From Candidatus Margulisiibacteriota bacterium (GTDB lineage: Bacteria; Margulisbacteria; Marinamargulisbacteria; JBFWNS01), in contig JBFWNS010000004.1 in assembly GCA_050250935.1 (NCBI GenBank), positions 1-64,000 on the forward strand: a stretch of DNA of 64,000 nucleotides, in the 5' to 3' direction. The notes under the pieces were generated by a model, which was not told the DNA's origin, made no database searches, and saw nothing but the letters and a program-made list of their open reading frames with translations. Shown one piece after another: positions 49,863-60,115 of the stretch. The position numbers and the translations under genes are program-made. Numbering within the stretch: the stretch's first letter is position 1; each line of letters begins with the position of its first letter.

Positions 49863-50534
49863 ATGACACCTCCGACAAATCCTGGCTGTGTTGTCCTGCT
49901 TTCCGGCGGGCAAGACAGCGCCACTTGCCTAGCCCTTGCTTTAAAAAATCATCCCAAGGGGGTTCGAGCCCTGGGCTTTGACTATGGCCAACGCCACAAA
50001 ATTGAACTGATCCAAGCCCAAAAACTGGCCGATTTGGCTGGGGTTCCTTTCGATATCATCACCCTGGATTGGTTGGGAAACATCACCCACAATGCCTTAA
50101 CCAAACCCCTAACCATCGAAGCCACTTCCGATCACAATCAGCTTCCCAACACCTTTGTGGATGGGCGAAACCATTTGTTTTTGTCGGTTGCTGCGGTTTA
50201 CGCCAAACAATATGGCCTTTCTACCCTTTACACCGGGGTTTGCCAAACCGATTTTTCAGGCTATCCCGATTGCCGAAACGACTTTATTCAATCGTTGGAA
50301 AAAACACTCTCTTTGGCCATGGCCTTCCCCTTTGATATTCAAACCCCACTGATGTGGTTGACCAAATCCCAAACCGTTCAGCTGATGGCAGGTCTGAAAA
50401 AACTAGCCTGGTATGCCGAAACCCACACCTGTTACGAAGGTCAACGCCCGGCCTGCGGCGAATGTCCAGCTTGTTTGCTTCGAAAAAAAGGGTTCGAAGA
50501 GGCTGGCATCCCCGACCCACTGCCTTACCGCTAG
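49863..50534 (+). CDS. queC: 7-cyano-7-deazaguanine synthase
   Basis: SGGQDS, YGQRH, GYPDCR, TCY...CGECPAC. Confidence 0.97.
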   Translation: MTPPTNPGCVVLLSGGQDSATCLALALKNHPKGVRALGFDYGQRHKIELIQAQKLADLAGVPFDIITLDWLGNITHNALTKPLTIEATSDHNQLPNTFVDGRNHLFLSVAAVYAKQYGLSTLYTGVCQTDFSGYPDCRNDFIQSLEKTLSLAMAFPFDIQTPLMWLTKSQTVQLMAGLKKLAWYAETHTCYEGQRPACGECPACLLRKKGFEEAGIPDPLPYR

Positions 50535-50992
50535 TACCGCTTAATCGCCCGATCGAGCTCTCGTTTGATTTCCCGTTCTTTAATGGCGGCCCGTTTATCA
50601 AATTGTTTTTTAGATTTTCCAAGCCCCAACTCTAGTTTGACTTTGCCGTCTAAAAAATACAGCTCCAAGGGAATTAAATTTAAACTTTGATCTTCCAAAC
50701 GCCCCATCAATTTATTGAGCTGTTTGCGATGCATCAGCAATTTCCGATTGCGTTCTGGGTCGGGGGGATTGTGGGCAGGACCTTGTTTGTAGGCCGTGAT
50801 ATGACACCCAAAAAGCCATAGTTCGTTTTTAAAAAAGCGGGCATAGGCATCCCGAATCGTCACCTGGCCGGAACGAATGGATTTGACCTCGCAGCCTTCC
50901 AAAACAACACCGGCTTCCATCCGCTCGGTAATCAGATAGTCGTGAAACGCTTTTTTATTGAGTGAAATACTTTTTTTACCCGTTTTGGCCAT
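50531..50992 (-). CDS. smpB: SsrA-binding protein
   Basis: NKKAFHDY, EAG...EVKSIR, RKLLMH, DKR. Confidence 0.97.
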   Translation of the reverse strand: MAKTGKKSISLNKKAFHDYLITERMEAGVVLEGCEVKSIRSGQVTIRDAYARFFKNELWLFGCHITAYKQGPAHNPPDPERNRKLLMHRKQLNKLMGRLEDQSLNLIPLELYFLDGKVKLELGLGKSKKQFDKRAAIKEREIKRELDRAIKRY

Positions 50993-51075
50993 AAGGTGGA
51001 ATTATCTCACCGTAAAGTTATAAACACAAATCCACCGCATGAACTCACCTGCCTCTTGAAGGTTTTTCGACTAAT

Positions 51076-51090
51076 TGATAATCTGTCTCA
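51076..51090 (+). promoter_or_regulatory. Possible Fur box
   Basis: TGATAAT-C-TGTCTCA, partial match to the 7-1-7 Fur site, upstream of feoAB. Confidence 0.45.
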
Positions 51091-51126
51091 GTATCGTTTT
51101 TACATCCTTTTTTAACGAGGTTTTCC

Positions 51127-51363
51127 ATGGCAGCCTGTCTTCCTTTGGTTCACATTTCCGCCGAACAATCTGCTGTGATTTCCCATGTTGAAGGACAAGA
51201 TGATCGCTGTATGCGTCTTTATGAACTCGGGTTTGTACCCGGAAGCCAAGTGACCTTAACCAACCGCATTGCCTTTGGCGGCCCCATGGCCTTTCAAATT
51301 CGGGGCACCAAAGTGGCCCTTCGCCGCGAAGATGCGGCCTGCATTTACGTTCAACCGGTGTGA
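51127..51363 (+). CDS. feoA: Ferrous iron transport protein A
   Basis: RLYELGFVPG, GGP...RGTKVALRR. Confidence 0.93.
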   Translation: MAACLPLVHISAEQSAVISHVEGQDDRCMRLYELGFVPGSQVTLTNRIAFGGPMAFQIRGTKVALRREDAACIYVQPV

Positions 51364-53198
51364 GCGAACCGGTTATTGCCCTGGTTGGGCACCCCAATTG
51401 CGGCAAAACCACCCTTTTTAACCATTTAACCCAATCCCATTATCAAACCGTTAACTACCCAGGCGCTACCGTGGACTATGCCCAGGGTCACCTGCAATTC
51501 AACAACGGTCAACGCGCCACCGTCATTGACACCCCCGGCATCGTGTCTTTAATTCCCAGAAGCGAAGACGAACGCGTCACCCTATCCACCTTAATTAAGC
51601 TCAATTATTTAATCGAAGGCCACCCATCTGGAAACCCCGATTTGATTGTGGTGGTGGTGGACTTAACCCAGCCTGCCCGGCATTTGGCCTTGGCCTATCA
51701 GCTTAAACAAGCGGGTTTCCCCCTGATTGTTGCCCTTTCCATGTTGGATTTAACCGAAACCGAAGCCCATTGTATTCATCCCGACCAACTGGCCACACAA
51801 TTAACCACGGCCTTGGGATGTCCGGTCTTGGCTTTTAGCGGCCGCACCCGACATGGGGTTGGCGAACTCCGGGCGACCATGGAGTCGCAGCTGAAAAAAC
51901 CCAGTATCTCTGGCATTTCGGTTCCGGCCTCGTTTAGCACCGAAGACATCGTCGCCCAATTTAATTGGGTGGAAACCATCGTTTCGACCTGTACGCCCAA
52001 TCACAAACCTGTTCGAAAATTTGATCCCGACCAAGTGTTTTTACACCCCATTTTGGGATTTGTGCTTTTTGCCGGACTCATGACCTTGTTTTTTTGGAGC
52101 ATTTTCACACTGGCAGCCCCAGCCATGGACGGCATTGACGCCGGTTTTTCTTGGCTGATTCAAACCCTGAACCAGGCCTTTGGCCCCCACATTGCCATTT
52201 TGACCAACGGGGTTTTGGCAGGCATTGGCTCTGTTTTGGTGTTTACCCCCCAATTGTTGCTGCTGTTTATGGTGATGGGCATTTTGGAAAACAGCGGCTA
52301 TTTGGCCCGAGGTGCGGTTCTAATGGACAAGCCTTTGTCGTATTTAGGGCTAAATGGGCGAAGCTTTGTTCCCCTGCTTTCTGGCTATGCCTGCGCCATT
52401 CCAGCCATGATGGCCGCCAGAACCATTCCGGGTAAAAAAGCCCGGCTGTTAACCTTGTTTGTGATCCCGCTGATGAGCTGCTCGGCCCGCTTGCCCGTGT
52501 ATGGCTTGTTACTGTCGCTGCTGTTTATCGGCAAAAACCCATTTTGGGGCGGCCTGGCCATGACGGGCATTTACCTGGGCAGTGTTGTTTTGGCCTCGGT
52601 TGTCGCCGCCATGGCAGGGCGCTTGATGCAGCTTCCCAAAAGTGATGCTGGCTTTCAACTGGAACTGCCCCGTTGGCGCAAACCCGTGTTTAAACACATT
52701 TTGCCCCATGCCTGGAACCAAACCCTCAGTTTTGTGCGGCGGGCCGGCCCCACCATTATGGGCGTCAGCTTGGTGTTATGGGCTTTGACCCACTACCCTT
52801 CCGAACAGGCTTCCTATGCCGCCACCCTGGGACATTGGATCGAACCGCTGTTGCGTCCCATGGGACTGGATTGGCGGGTTGGGGTGGCCTTGTTACTCTC
52901 TTTTGCAGCCCGAGAAGTCTTTGTATCGGCCCTAATTTTGGCGTTTTCTTTGTCCACGGACTCCAGTCTTTTAAGCACCCTGGCCCACGCCACCCAAGCC
53001 GGCACGGGCCAACCCTTGTTCACCCCCGCCAGCATCACCGCACTGATCGTCTTTTTTATGATCTCCATGCAATGCGCTTCCACCGTGGCCGTGGCCAAAA
53101 AAGAAATGGGGGGCTGGAAATACCCCGCCATTATGACAGTAAGTTATATTGGGATGGCCTATCTCCTAGCCTGCCTCTGCCATTTGGTATTGTCCTAG
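51360..53198 (+). CDS. feoB: Ferrous iron transport protein B
   Basis: GHPNCGKT, NYPGATV, DTPG, ENSGYLAR, SCSARLPVY. Confidence 0.96.
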   Translation: MSEPVIALVGHPNCGKTTLFNHLTQSHYQTVNYPGATVDYAQGHLQFNNGQRATVIDTPGIVSLIPRSEDERVTLSTLIKLNYLIEGHPSGNPDLIVVVVDLTQPARHLALAYQLKQAGFPLIVALSMLDLTETEAHCIHPDQLATQLTTALGCPVLAFSGRTRHGVGELRATMESQLKKPSISGISVPASFSTEDIVAQFNWVETIVSTCTPNHKPVRKFDPDQVFLHPILGFVLFAGLMTLFFWSIFTLAAPAMDGIDAGFSWLIQTLNQAFGPHIAILTNGVLAGIGSVLVFTPQLLLLFMVMGILENSGYLARGAVLMDKPLSYLGLNGRSFVPLLSGYACAIPAMMAARTIPGKKARLLTLFVIPLMSCSARLPVYGLLLSLLFIGKNPFWGGLAMTGIYLGSVVLASVVAAMAGRLMQLPKSDAGFQLELPRWRKPVFKHILPHAWNQTLSFVRRAGPTIMGVSLVLWALTHYPSEQASYAATLGHWIEPLLRPMGLDWRVGVALLLSFAAREVFVSALILAFSLSTDSSLLSTLAHATQAGTGQPLFTPASITALIVFFMISMQCASTVAVAKKEMGGWKYPAIMTVSYIGMAYLLACLCHLVLS

Positions 53199-53309
53199 TT
53201 TTTACAAAAAAAGCCATAGACAAACCCAATTGGCATAAGTTAATTTAAAAAAATACCAACTATTTTTTATCAAAACCCAAACACCATCAGCACCACAAGG
53301 AGTACCACA

Positions 53310-54128
53310 GTGCCATTAAACCCCATTGCTTCAGGAACACCCCCTACACCCACGTTCTTACCCCAATCACAACAACCACCCCGTTCCGAAACCTTAAAAA
53401 CCCCAGCGCTAGCACCTAGCCTTACCCCACCACCCCCCATGTGCCCACCAGTAGCCCCACCTGTCAATTCAAATGCGACAGAACAAATAGTTAATCTTGA
53501 CCTTTTTACAGCGGACATCAGTCTCCTTATAAGGCAATTTGGTCCACTTCATATAAACGATTTAGCCCCAACAGAATTAAACATAAATGTGCATAATAAG
53601 TTTTTAGATCGAGTTATTCCTTTAACACTTTTAGAGTTTGCCCTGAAGAACAGTTTACCCGTACGCATCATCGGTTCAAACGTCGAAAACACAACAAGAA
53701 GCAGCCAAGTGCTACATTTACGGAAACCAAAACAAAGCTACTGGACATCCAAAATCTTAAGCGATCTTCATTTGATACTAATCCAATTGCCTAACAATCA
53801 AATAGTTGCCTTAAATTGCGGGAAAGGCCCGGTAAATATAGACTCTACTCCTTATCCCGACGGTAACGGGCTAATTTTTCTTAAAACTGATAGTCATGTT
53901 GTAGTTAGTATACGAAAAGACCCCATTGCAAGTCTGAAAACACCAGGCTTATCTGAACCTAAGCACCTTTTAAATCTAGACACCATTGGTTTAATCTTTA
54001 ATCGCTACCAAAAAACCTGTCGTATGGATACAATAGCCACACTCGAAATGAAAGAAGATTCTGCTAGGGCGCTCAATACCTTATTAAAAGAGCTTTCTAG
54101 AGCTTTGTCACGGCATCGAGAGATTTAA
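53310..54128 (+). CDS. Orphan protein with Pro-rich N-terminus and possible degenerate FHA domain
   Basis: AAGGAG RBS before GTG; 272 aa. Confidence 0.65.
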   Translation: MPLNPIASGTPPTPTFLPQSQQPPRSETLKTPALAPSLTPPPPMCPPVAPPVNSNATEQIVNLDLFTADISLLIRQFGPLHINDLAPTELNINVHNKFLDRVIPLTLLEFALKNSLPVRIIGSNVENTTRSSQVLHLRKPKQSYWTSKILSDLHLILIQLPNNQIVALNCGKGPVNIDSTPYPDGNGLIFLKTDSHVVVSIRKDPIASLKTPGLSEPKHLLNLDTIGLIFNRYQKTCRMDTIATLEMKEDSARALNTLLKELSRALSRHREI

Positions 54129-54181
54129 TGGGGGCTTATTTTACAAAAAAGGCAGCACCTTAACCCTTCCCTAGGCTTCTT

Positions 54182-54958
54182 TTAGTGCAAAAAGACATTC
54201 AGCAATTCAATTAAAATCAGCAAAATAATGATGATTTCCAACAAACTGCTTTCGTGGTGTTGGTAAATTTGTGTGATGACGTCCAAATCGTCTTGAACCA
54301 CCCGAAGGGTTTGATCGATTTCGCGGTAGCGCATGGTTAAATCAAAAAATTGGGCCAGTTTTTTGTGAATGGCTTCCAGATAGCTATCCTCCCAAACCAA
54401 ATCTGGGGAATCAAAAATATACAGATTTTCAATAATTTTGGATTTGATGTTTAGGGCTTTGCCGACGGTTTTGAACAAGGCTTTTTTTCGAACCACCAAG
54501 CGGCCCTTTTTTTCCAAAGAATCCACCAACACCCGAACCTCGCCAAGCGAAGCTTCTGCGGTTTGTAAATAATAGTCCAGGGCAACAGATTGGGCCAAAT
54601 TAAACATCACCACCCGCAACACCTGTTGCGTACAGGCCGGCACCACAATTTCTTTATTGGAAATACTTATCTCCGCATCGGGAACCACAAGCAATTCAAA
54701 AGTCTCTTCGTGCGGTTCGGTCAAAAACGACCGACCAAAAGTCCCCATGTTACGAAGCAGCTCTCGGCGATCCGACTCGGAAACCCCAGAAAACACCACG
54801 CAGCCAAACTGCTTAATCAAACAACAGTCCGATTCCCCACGACTCCAAAACTGATCCACGGAGCTTGACGAAACCAAAGTCCATCCCTCAAAAACCGTTT
54901 TGATGGCTTTTAAATCCAATTGATCCGCAAAATGGCTGGCATAAAAAAAATGTCTCAT
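54182..54958 (-). CDS. RMD1/DUF155 family protein
   Basis: FGCVVF, LAQSVALDYY, DSPDLVWED, LEIIIILLI; ATGA overlap with upstream gene. Confidence 0.88.
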   Translation of the reverse strand: MRHFFYASHFADQLDLKAIKTVFEGWTLVSSSSVDQFWSRGESDCCLIKQFGCVVFSGVSESDRRELLRNMGTFGRSFLTEPHEETFELLVVPDAEISISNKEIVVPACTQQVLRVVMFNLAQSVALDYYLQTAEASLGEVRVLVDSLEKKGRLVVRKKALFKTVGKALNIKSKIIENLYIFDSPDLVWEDSYLEAIHKKLAQFFDLTMRYREIDQTLRVVQDDLDVITQIYQHHESSLLEIIIILLILIELLNVFLH

Positions 54959-56241
54959 AGGGGTTTTGTGCACAATTCGGCCAATTCGATAGCAAAGTTA
55001 ATGCCACGATCGAAAGGATAGGTGTGGTGGGTGGAAATCCAATAAAAATGGGGGAATTCCGTGGCCATGGATGGGGGCACATAGCCCTTGGGCACCACCG
55101 GCTGGGCATTGCGCTGGCGAAACAACTTGATCTCGGAAACCTGGACTTCGTCAAAAGCGGGATTGAGGGTTTTGAGCCCCGCCATAAACTGAGCCACCAC
55201 CTCGGCTTCTGGGGCCGAAAATAAGGGGTGATTCTCGTCCAAATACCGAGACAAATACACCACATGTTTGCCCGCATAGTGGGTGGCTGGCACAAAATGG
55301 GTATGCTCGATCACACCGCCAAACGGCAGTGTGGTGTCGCCGATATTAATCCAATACAAGTCGAACCAAGGCCGGTCCGAAACCAACATCATGCACATGG
55401 CCGCTTTATAGGTATAGGTGGCCAAAAGGGCTTGGGTTTTGGCACTCCAGGGCGCCGATTTTGCAAGCAAATCCGAAGAAACCGTGGAAATCACCACATC
55501 GGCCATCAGGGTTTGACTGCCAACTTGAACCTCGAAGCGGCCATCGGGCTGGGGGGTAATGCGATCCACACCCTGCCCCAACTGAATCTGGCCCCCAAGC
55601 TGGGCAATTTTGGCAGCCAACGTCGTGGCCAAAACCCCAAAACTGCCTTTCATATAGGCCAACACCTCTTTGGCCCCACCGGTTTTACGCGACTTTCCCC
55701 GGGTGCGAAATTTTCCCCACAACCAAGTCAGGGAAATAGTATCGCAGCTATCGGCAAATTTAAGGTGAAACAACGGTTTCCAAATCACATCCCAGGCTTT
55801 TTTAAAGCCTTTTTGCTCAAACCACTCTTTCACACCAAAGCCTTCGGTGTAGGCTTGGCTGGCCACATGGGTTAACCACAGGGCCGACACCACAAACTGC
55901 AAGCGTCCCCAAAACCCCAAGGGCGAAAACCCGATCAAACTTTTGGGTGTGCCAAAGGGATAAAGTTTGCCTTGGCTGTAATAGCCCATGGTGCTGGGCA
56001 GCCATTGCACTTGGTCCATAATGCCCAGTTCTTCGCACAAGGCCCATAAAGCCGTGTCCGAGGTAAAAGCATGATGGTAATAACATTCGATGGGTTCACC
56101 CCCCACTGTGGTGGTCACCAATTGTCCGCCCACAAAGGGGCTTCGTTCAAATACCTGAACGTTATAGCCTTGTTGAAGCAACCGATAGGCCGCGGTTAAA
56201 CCCGCAACCCCAGCCCCAACAATAATGGCCGTCCTAGCCAC
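54955..56241 (-). CDS. FAD-dependent oxidoreductase (amine oxidase/HemY-like fold)
   Basis: VGAGVAGL, ERSPFVGG, YYHH, YPFDRG. Confidence 0.85.
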   Translation of the reverse strand: MARTAIIVGAGVAGLTAAYRLLQQGYNVQVFERSPFVGGQLVTTTVGGEPIECYYHHAFTSDTALWALCEELGIMDQVQWLPSTMGYYSQGKLYPFGTPKSLIGFSPLGFWGRLQFVVSALWLTHVASQAYTEGFGVKEWFEQKGFKKAWDVIWKPLFHLKFADSCDTISLTWLWGKFRTRGKSRKTGGAKEVLAYMKGSFGVLATTLAAKIAQLGGQIQLGQGVDRITPQPDGRFEVQVGSQTLMADVVISTVSSDLLAKSAPWSAKTQALLATYTYKAAMCMMLVSDRPWFDLYWINIGDTTLPFGGVIEHTHFVPATHYAGKHVVYLSRYLDENHPLFSAPEAEVVAQFMAGLKTLNPAFDEVQVSEIKLFRQRNAQPVVPKGYVPPSMATEFPHFYWISTHHTYPFDRGINFAIELAELCTKPL

Positions 56242-57169
56242 CGACTGTCTCGGACACAATATACAAAGGCCGTTTTTTACTTTCCATATAAAGACGACCC
56301 ACATAGTCGCCTAAAATGCCGATGGTCATCAGCTGAATACCGCCCAACAGCAAAATCGCAATCATCAACGAGGCATACCCCGGAAAGGTGTGCCCGCTAA
56401 ATCGCAAGCCCAACACCACCACAATATAAACGCCGGCTGCAGCAGACAAAATAAATCCCAGCCAAGTGGCGCATTTCAGGGGCAAGGTTGAAAACGACAC
56501 GATGCCATTAATGGCAAACTTCAGCATTTTTTTGAGGGGGTATTTGGTTTCTCCGGCAACTCTTGGATCTCGGTCAAAATAAAGCGGGGTTTGTTTAAAC
56601 CCAACCCAACTGACCATCCCACGCACAAACCGGTCGTGTTCTCTCATGGTTTTTAGAGCCTCGATCACAGGCCGGCTCATCAAGCGAAAATCGCCAGTGT
56701 TTAAGGGAATGGGAACGGTTGAAAACCAGTTCAATACCCTATAAAACCAAGCCGCCGTTGTTTTTTTAAACCAAGTCTCGCCGTGACGCTCGTTGCGAAC
56801 GGCATACACCACATCAAAACCAGCCTCAAAGTGGCGGGCCATTTCCAGCACCAATTCGGGTGGGTCTTGTAAATCGGCATCCATCACCACCACAGCATCG
56901 CCGGTGGCGGCATCCATGCCAGCCGTAATGGCCAATTGATGCCCAAAATTTCGGGAAAATTTCAGTACTTTAACACGGGCATCGGTTTGGGCAATGGCTT
57001 TAAGCTGGGCAAAGGAATTGTCTTTGGAACCATCGTCCACAAACACAATCTCCACTTGATACCCCACCAACTGCTCGGCCAGCCCCTTTAAACGATCCCA
57101 CAACGCGGCAATACACGCTTCCTCGTTGTAAATTGGCAACACCAATGACATGATTTTGGAATTTGACAC
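56234..57169 (-). CDS. GT2 polyprenol-phosphate glycosyltransferase (GtrB/ArnC-like)
   Basis: VDDGSKD, SRNFGH, MDADLQDPP, GDFRLM, two C-terminal TM helices. Confidence 0.93.
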   Translation of the reverse strand: MSNSKIMSLVLPIYNEEACIAALWDRLKGLAEQLVGYQVEIVFVDDGSKDNSFAQLKAIAQTDARVKVLKFSRNFGHQLAITAGMDAATGDAVVVMDADLQDPPELVLEMARHFEAGFDVVYAVRNERHGETWFKKTTAAWFYRVLNWFSTVPIPLNTGDFRLMSRPVIEALKTMREHDRFVRGMVSWVGFKQTPLYFDRDPRVAGETKYPLKKMLKFAINGIVSFSTLPLKCATWLGFILSAAAGVYIVVVLGLRFSGHTFPGYASLMIAILLLGGIQLMTIGILGDYVGRLYMESKKRPLYIVSETVGG

Positions 57170-57203
57170 GCCAAAACCCTATCATATTTTTTAAGGAGTA
57201 TCC

Positions 57204-58328
57204 ATGAACTGGTTCAAAACCCACGCCAAAACCCTAATTGCCGGTTGTTTGATTCTTGCCGCTTCGGCCGTTTTAGTCGGCAAAGCCATCACCGCTTTTT
57301 CGCCCGAACATCAGCACGACTTTATTTCCTATTATTACGGCACCCAAGCCATTGCCCAACACCTGAATCCCTATACCTCTAAAACCCTGTCCTTTCTTTC
57401 TGGCCAAAACCTCGACGACCATTTGCGCTTTGTCTATCCCCCCCAAATGAGCTGGTTTTTTAAGCCCTTCACCCATTTGCCTTTCGACACCGCCAGAAAA
57501 GTATATGTGATAGTAAAGCTCTTGGTTTTGGCTGGTTTGGCCCTGCTTTGGTTTCGGTTTTTTAAGCCCAAAAACGGGTCGCTGTTGGTGTTTTTACTGC
57601 TGCTTTTATTTGCCTTTCACGAAACCGCTGCCTGCGACCTATTATCTGGCAACATCTCGGTTTTTGAGGAAGCCTTGTTGTGGAGCGGCTTTGCCTTGAT
57701 GGTGAATGGATCTTTGGTTTGGGCCGGGGCCCTGATTGGCTTAGCCGCCTGTTTTAAAGTGACACCTTTGGTTTTTTTAGGCTTTTTGGCCCTGGTTCCC
57801 AACACCAGTTTGCATCAAAAAGCAAAAGCCATTGGAAGCGGTCTTGGTGTTTTTGCACTGGTTCAAGGACTGGGCTATTTGTGTTACCCCGCCCTGTTCG
57901 GCCTGTTTTTAACCACCCCTGCCCCCTTGGACAGCAGCGGGTTTGTAAACCCTTCGTCTTTAGCATTGATTCAGTTTGAACTTGGCCCAAAACTAGGCCA
58001 TCCCATGCTGTTGTACGCCCTGTGGCTGCTGGTAGTGGCAAGCTTGGGTGTGTGGTGGCTCAAACACCGAAACCGGTTTAGTTTGATTCAAAACATCAGC
58101 GCGGGGTTGTTGCTGTATGCCCTGGCCATGCCCCGGTTCAAAGACTACACCTTTTTATTGCTGATTATCCCCGCCTGGGTGACGATTAGCGAGCTCAAAA
58201 ACCCCTGGGTAAAATGGGGTCTTTTGGTTTTACTCTGCGTCACCCTCTGGCCCTACCACCATCTGGTGATGGTAGGGGTGTTGTTGGGGGGATTATTGTT
58301 TAGAGAGAGGCTTTCGGTTGCATCATAA
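57204..58328 (+). CDS. GT-C membrane glycosyltransferase (GT87/DUF2029-like)
   Basis: DF..YY, NPY, FVYPP, GN, FKVTP, many TM helices. Confidence 0.8.
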   Translation: MNWFKTHAKTLIAGCLILAASAVLVGKAITAFSPEHQHDFISYYYGTQAIAQHLNPYTSKTLSFLSGQNLDDHLRFVYPPQMSWFFKPFTHLPFDTARKVYVIVKLLVLAGLALLWFRFFKPKNGSLLVFLLLLLFAFHETAACDLLSGNISVFEEALLWSGFALMVNGSLVWAGALIGLAACFKVTPLVFLGFLALVPNTSLHQKAKAIGSGLGVFALVQGLGYLCYPALFGLFLTTPAPLDSSGFVNPSSLALIQFELGPKLGHPMLLYALWLLVVASLGVWWLKHRNRFSLIQNISAGLLLYALAMPRFKDYTFLLLIIPAWVTISELKNPWVKWGLLVLLCVTLWPYHHLVMVGVLLGGLLFRERLSVAS

Positions 58329-59994
58329 CCGCTAAAAGTTGCTCTGCACTTGTACGGTCAGAATATGGCAGCGACTCAACCATAACTGTGGTTCCTTCAC
58401 AAACGGACCGATGGCCAGAGGTGGATTGACCGTTTCCGTTGGATGGATGAGATCTAAATTCCAAATGGTCTGGCCCACGTTGAGGACAAGCATCGATGTG
58501 AACCCGAGTACAATAGGCACTATACGCTTCCGTTGGATTTACCGGATACCCACCAACCCCTTTTTGACCAAAAAACGCCAAATGATGTTTTTGCGTATTG
58601 GCACGGGCATAGTTATCAGATTGTTCCGCAGAAGATTGAATCACCACCAACATAGGCCCAAACACCTCTTCGGTTCGCACTTTGGCGGTAGAGTCTACAG
58701 CAACTTCAATTAAAACCGGTCTAAACCGTCCATTCTCTATTAAACCTTCAACCGAGGTTACAGGAGCACCGTCTTTGGTAAACACCTTGGCCCCACAGTG
58801 CAATGCATCCTTAACCCAACCAACGTATTTTGCCAGGTCGCTATTCCCGCTTAAAGGGGCAGTAATGTCCACCTCTTCCCAAAACGCCCCTTCTTTTAAT
58901 TTCCCCATTTCGGCTTTAAGGGCAGTCACAACATCGTCATAACAACTTGCATCAATCAAAACCGGTTTTCCAGCTGTACAACGCGCCCCGTTATTGCCAA
59001 AAGCACCGGCCACAATTTTGGTTGCAGCGGGTGTAATTTCCTCCGATTTCATATGGGCCACAATCACCGGGTTAATCGCACCAAACGCATAAGAGGTTTA
59101 TTCCGAATCTACTGCAGCCCCTACATTTGGTTTAATATTTTCATCGTGAGGCTTTCTACCCCCAATATACACATAAGCATCTGGCTCAACTTCGGCCATC
59201 GGTGCAATCACCTCACGACCTTCGCCAAAAACCACCGAAGCGGCTTTCCAAGCTTCGTCTCCAAACTGTGCAATCAAAACACGCTGAGTAATTTCATAAC
59301 ACAACAGGGTGCTGGTTTCACCGGTTCTGGGTACTTTTAAACAGGTGGTGTTCCCCGTTAACAAGGTTTGAACTGCAATCAAGAAATTTTCGTTGATCGG
59401 ATAATTGGTGGCCCCAAAAACCTCGTAAAAACCAACGGTTTGTGGCCATTGAACAAAAAATTGTCCGTCTCGTTCAACAATTTTTGACTTAGAAAATTCC
59501 GCATATTCTTTACAAAGATCTTCTAAAAACTGTGCAGTACGCACAATTTCAGCTTTGGCGTTTTTAAGGGTTTTGTTACTATCGCGGGCCACAGCTTGGG
59601 CAATAGCGTCCACATGGGTACGAAGCTCTGCCGCAATTTTCTGAACAGCAGCAATACGATCTTGAGCAGCTGTTTGAGCCCAAGTCGTTGTATACGCTTG
59701 ACTGGCCCTTGCCAATTCCGCAGCCTGTTCACCGGTGTAAGCCGGCACCTCGCCATTGATAACTTGAAGGCCATCCACATACAAATTGGCCTTGGATACT
59801 TTCACACCACAAGCCATTCCGCCATTCAATTGAAAGGTTCTTTCACCAACTCTAAACTTTCCTTCAGCCGCATCCACCACACCACAAACCGGGGCTTGAA
59901 GATAATCAGGAGCCTGTGAACTTCTATAGTGGGGCTGGGTATCCAATGCATGCTTCTGCTGGGACAAAACCTTCAACAAACCAGTACGAGCCAT
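58300..59994 (-). pseudogene. Divergent aldehyde dehydrogenase family gene interrupted by one in-frame TAA (59098-59100)
   Basis: Both ORFs are in the same frame; TNYPINE, FGAINPVIV, NNGARCTA, EEVFGP. Confidence 0.75.
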
Positions 59995-60115
59995 CGGGTT
60001 CTCCTTGGAAAAAAAATATTAAAAAAACAGGGAAAAAAGTTGGTAAATCTTAACAACCTTGTTCATATTGATCAACAAAGGAATTAAAAATTAACGTTTC
60101 TTTGAATTATTTTTT

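Noticed and set aside
53230..53270. Sigma28-like promoter before the Pro-rich orphan (TAAG-N15-ACCAACTA)
   Set aside because: The -10 lacks the CGA core; too weak to include in the regulon
54182..54958. RMD1 as another eukaryote-derived gene
   Set aside because: DUF155 proteins are widespread in bacteria, and this one is translationally coupled within an operon
54955..56241. hemY/hemG assignment
   Set aside because: Only the generic FAD fold is recognisable, and the context is glycosyltransferases rather than heme genes
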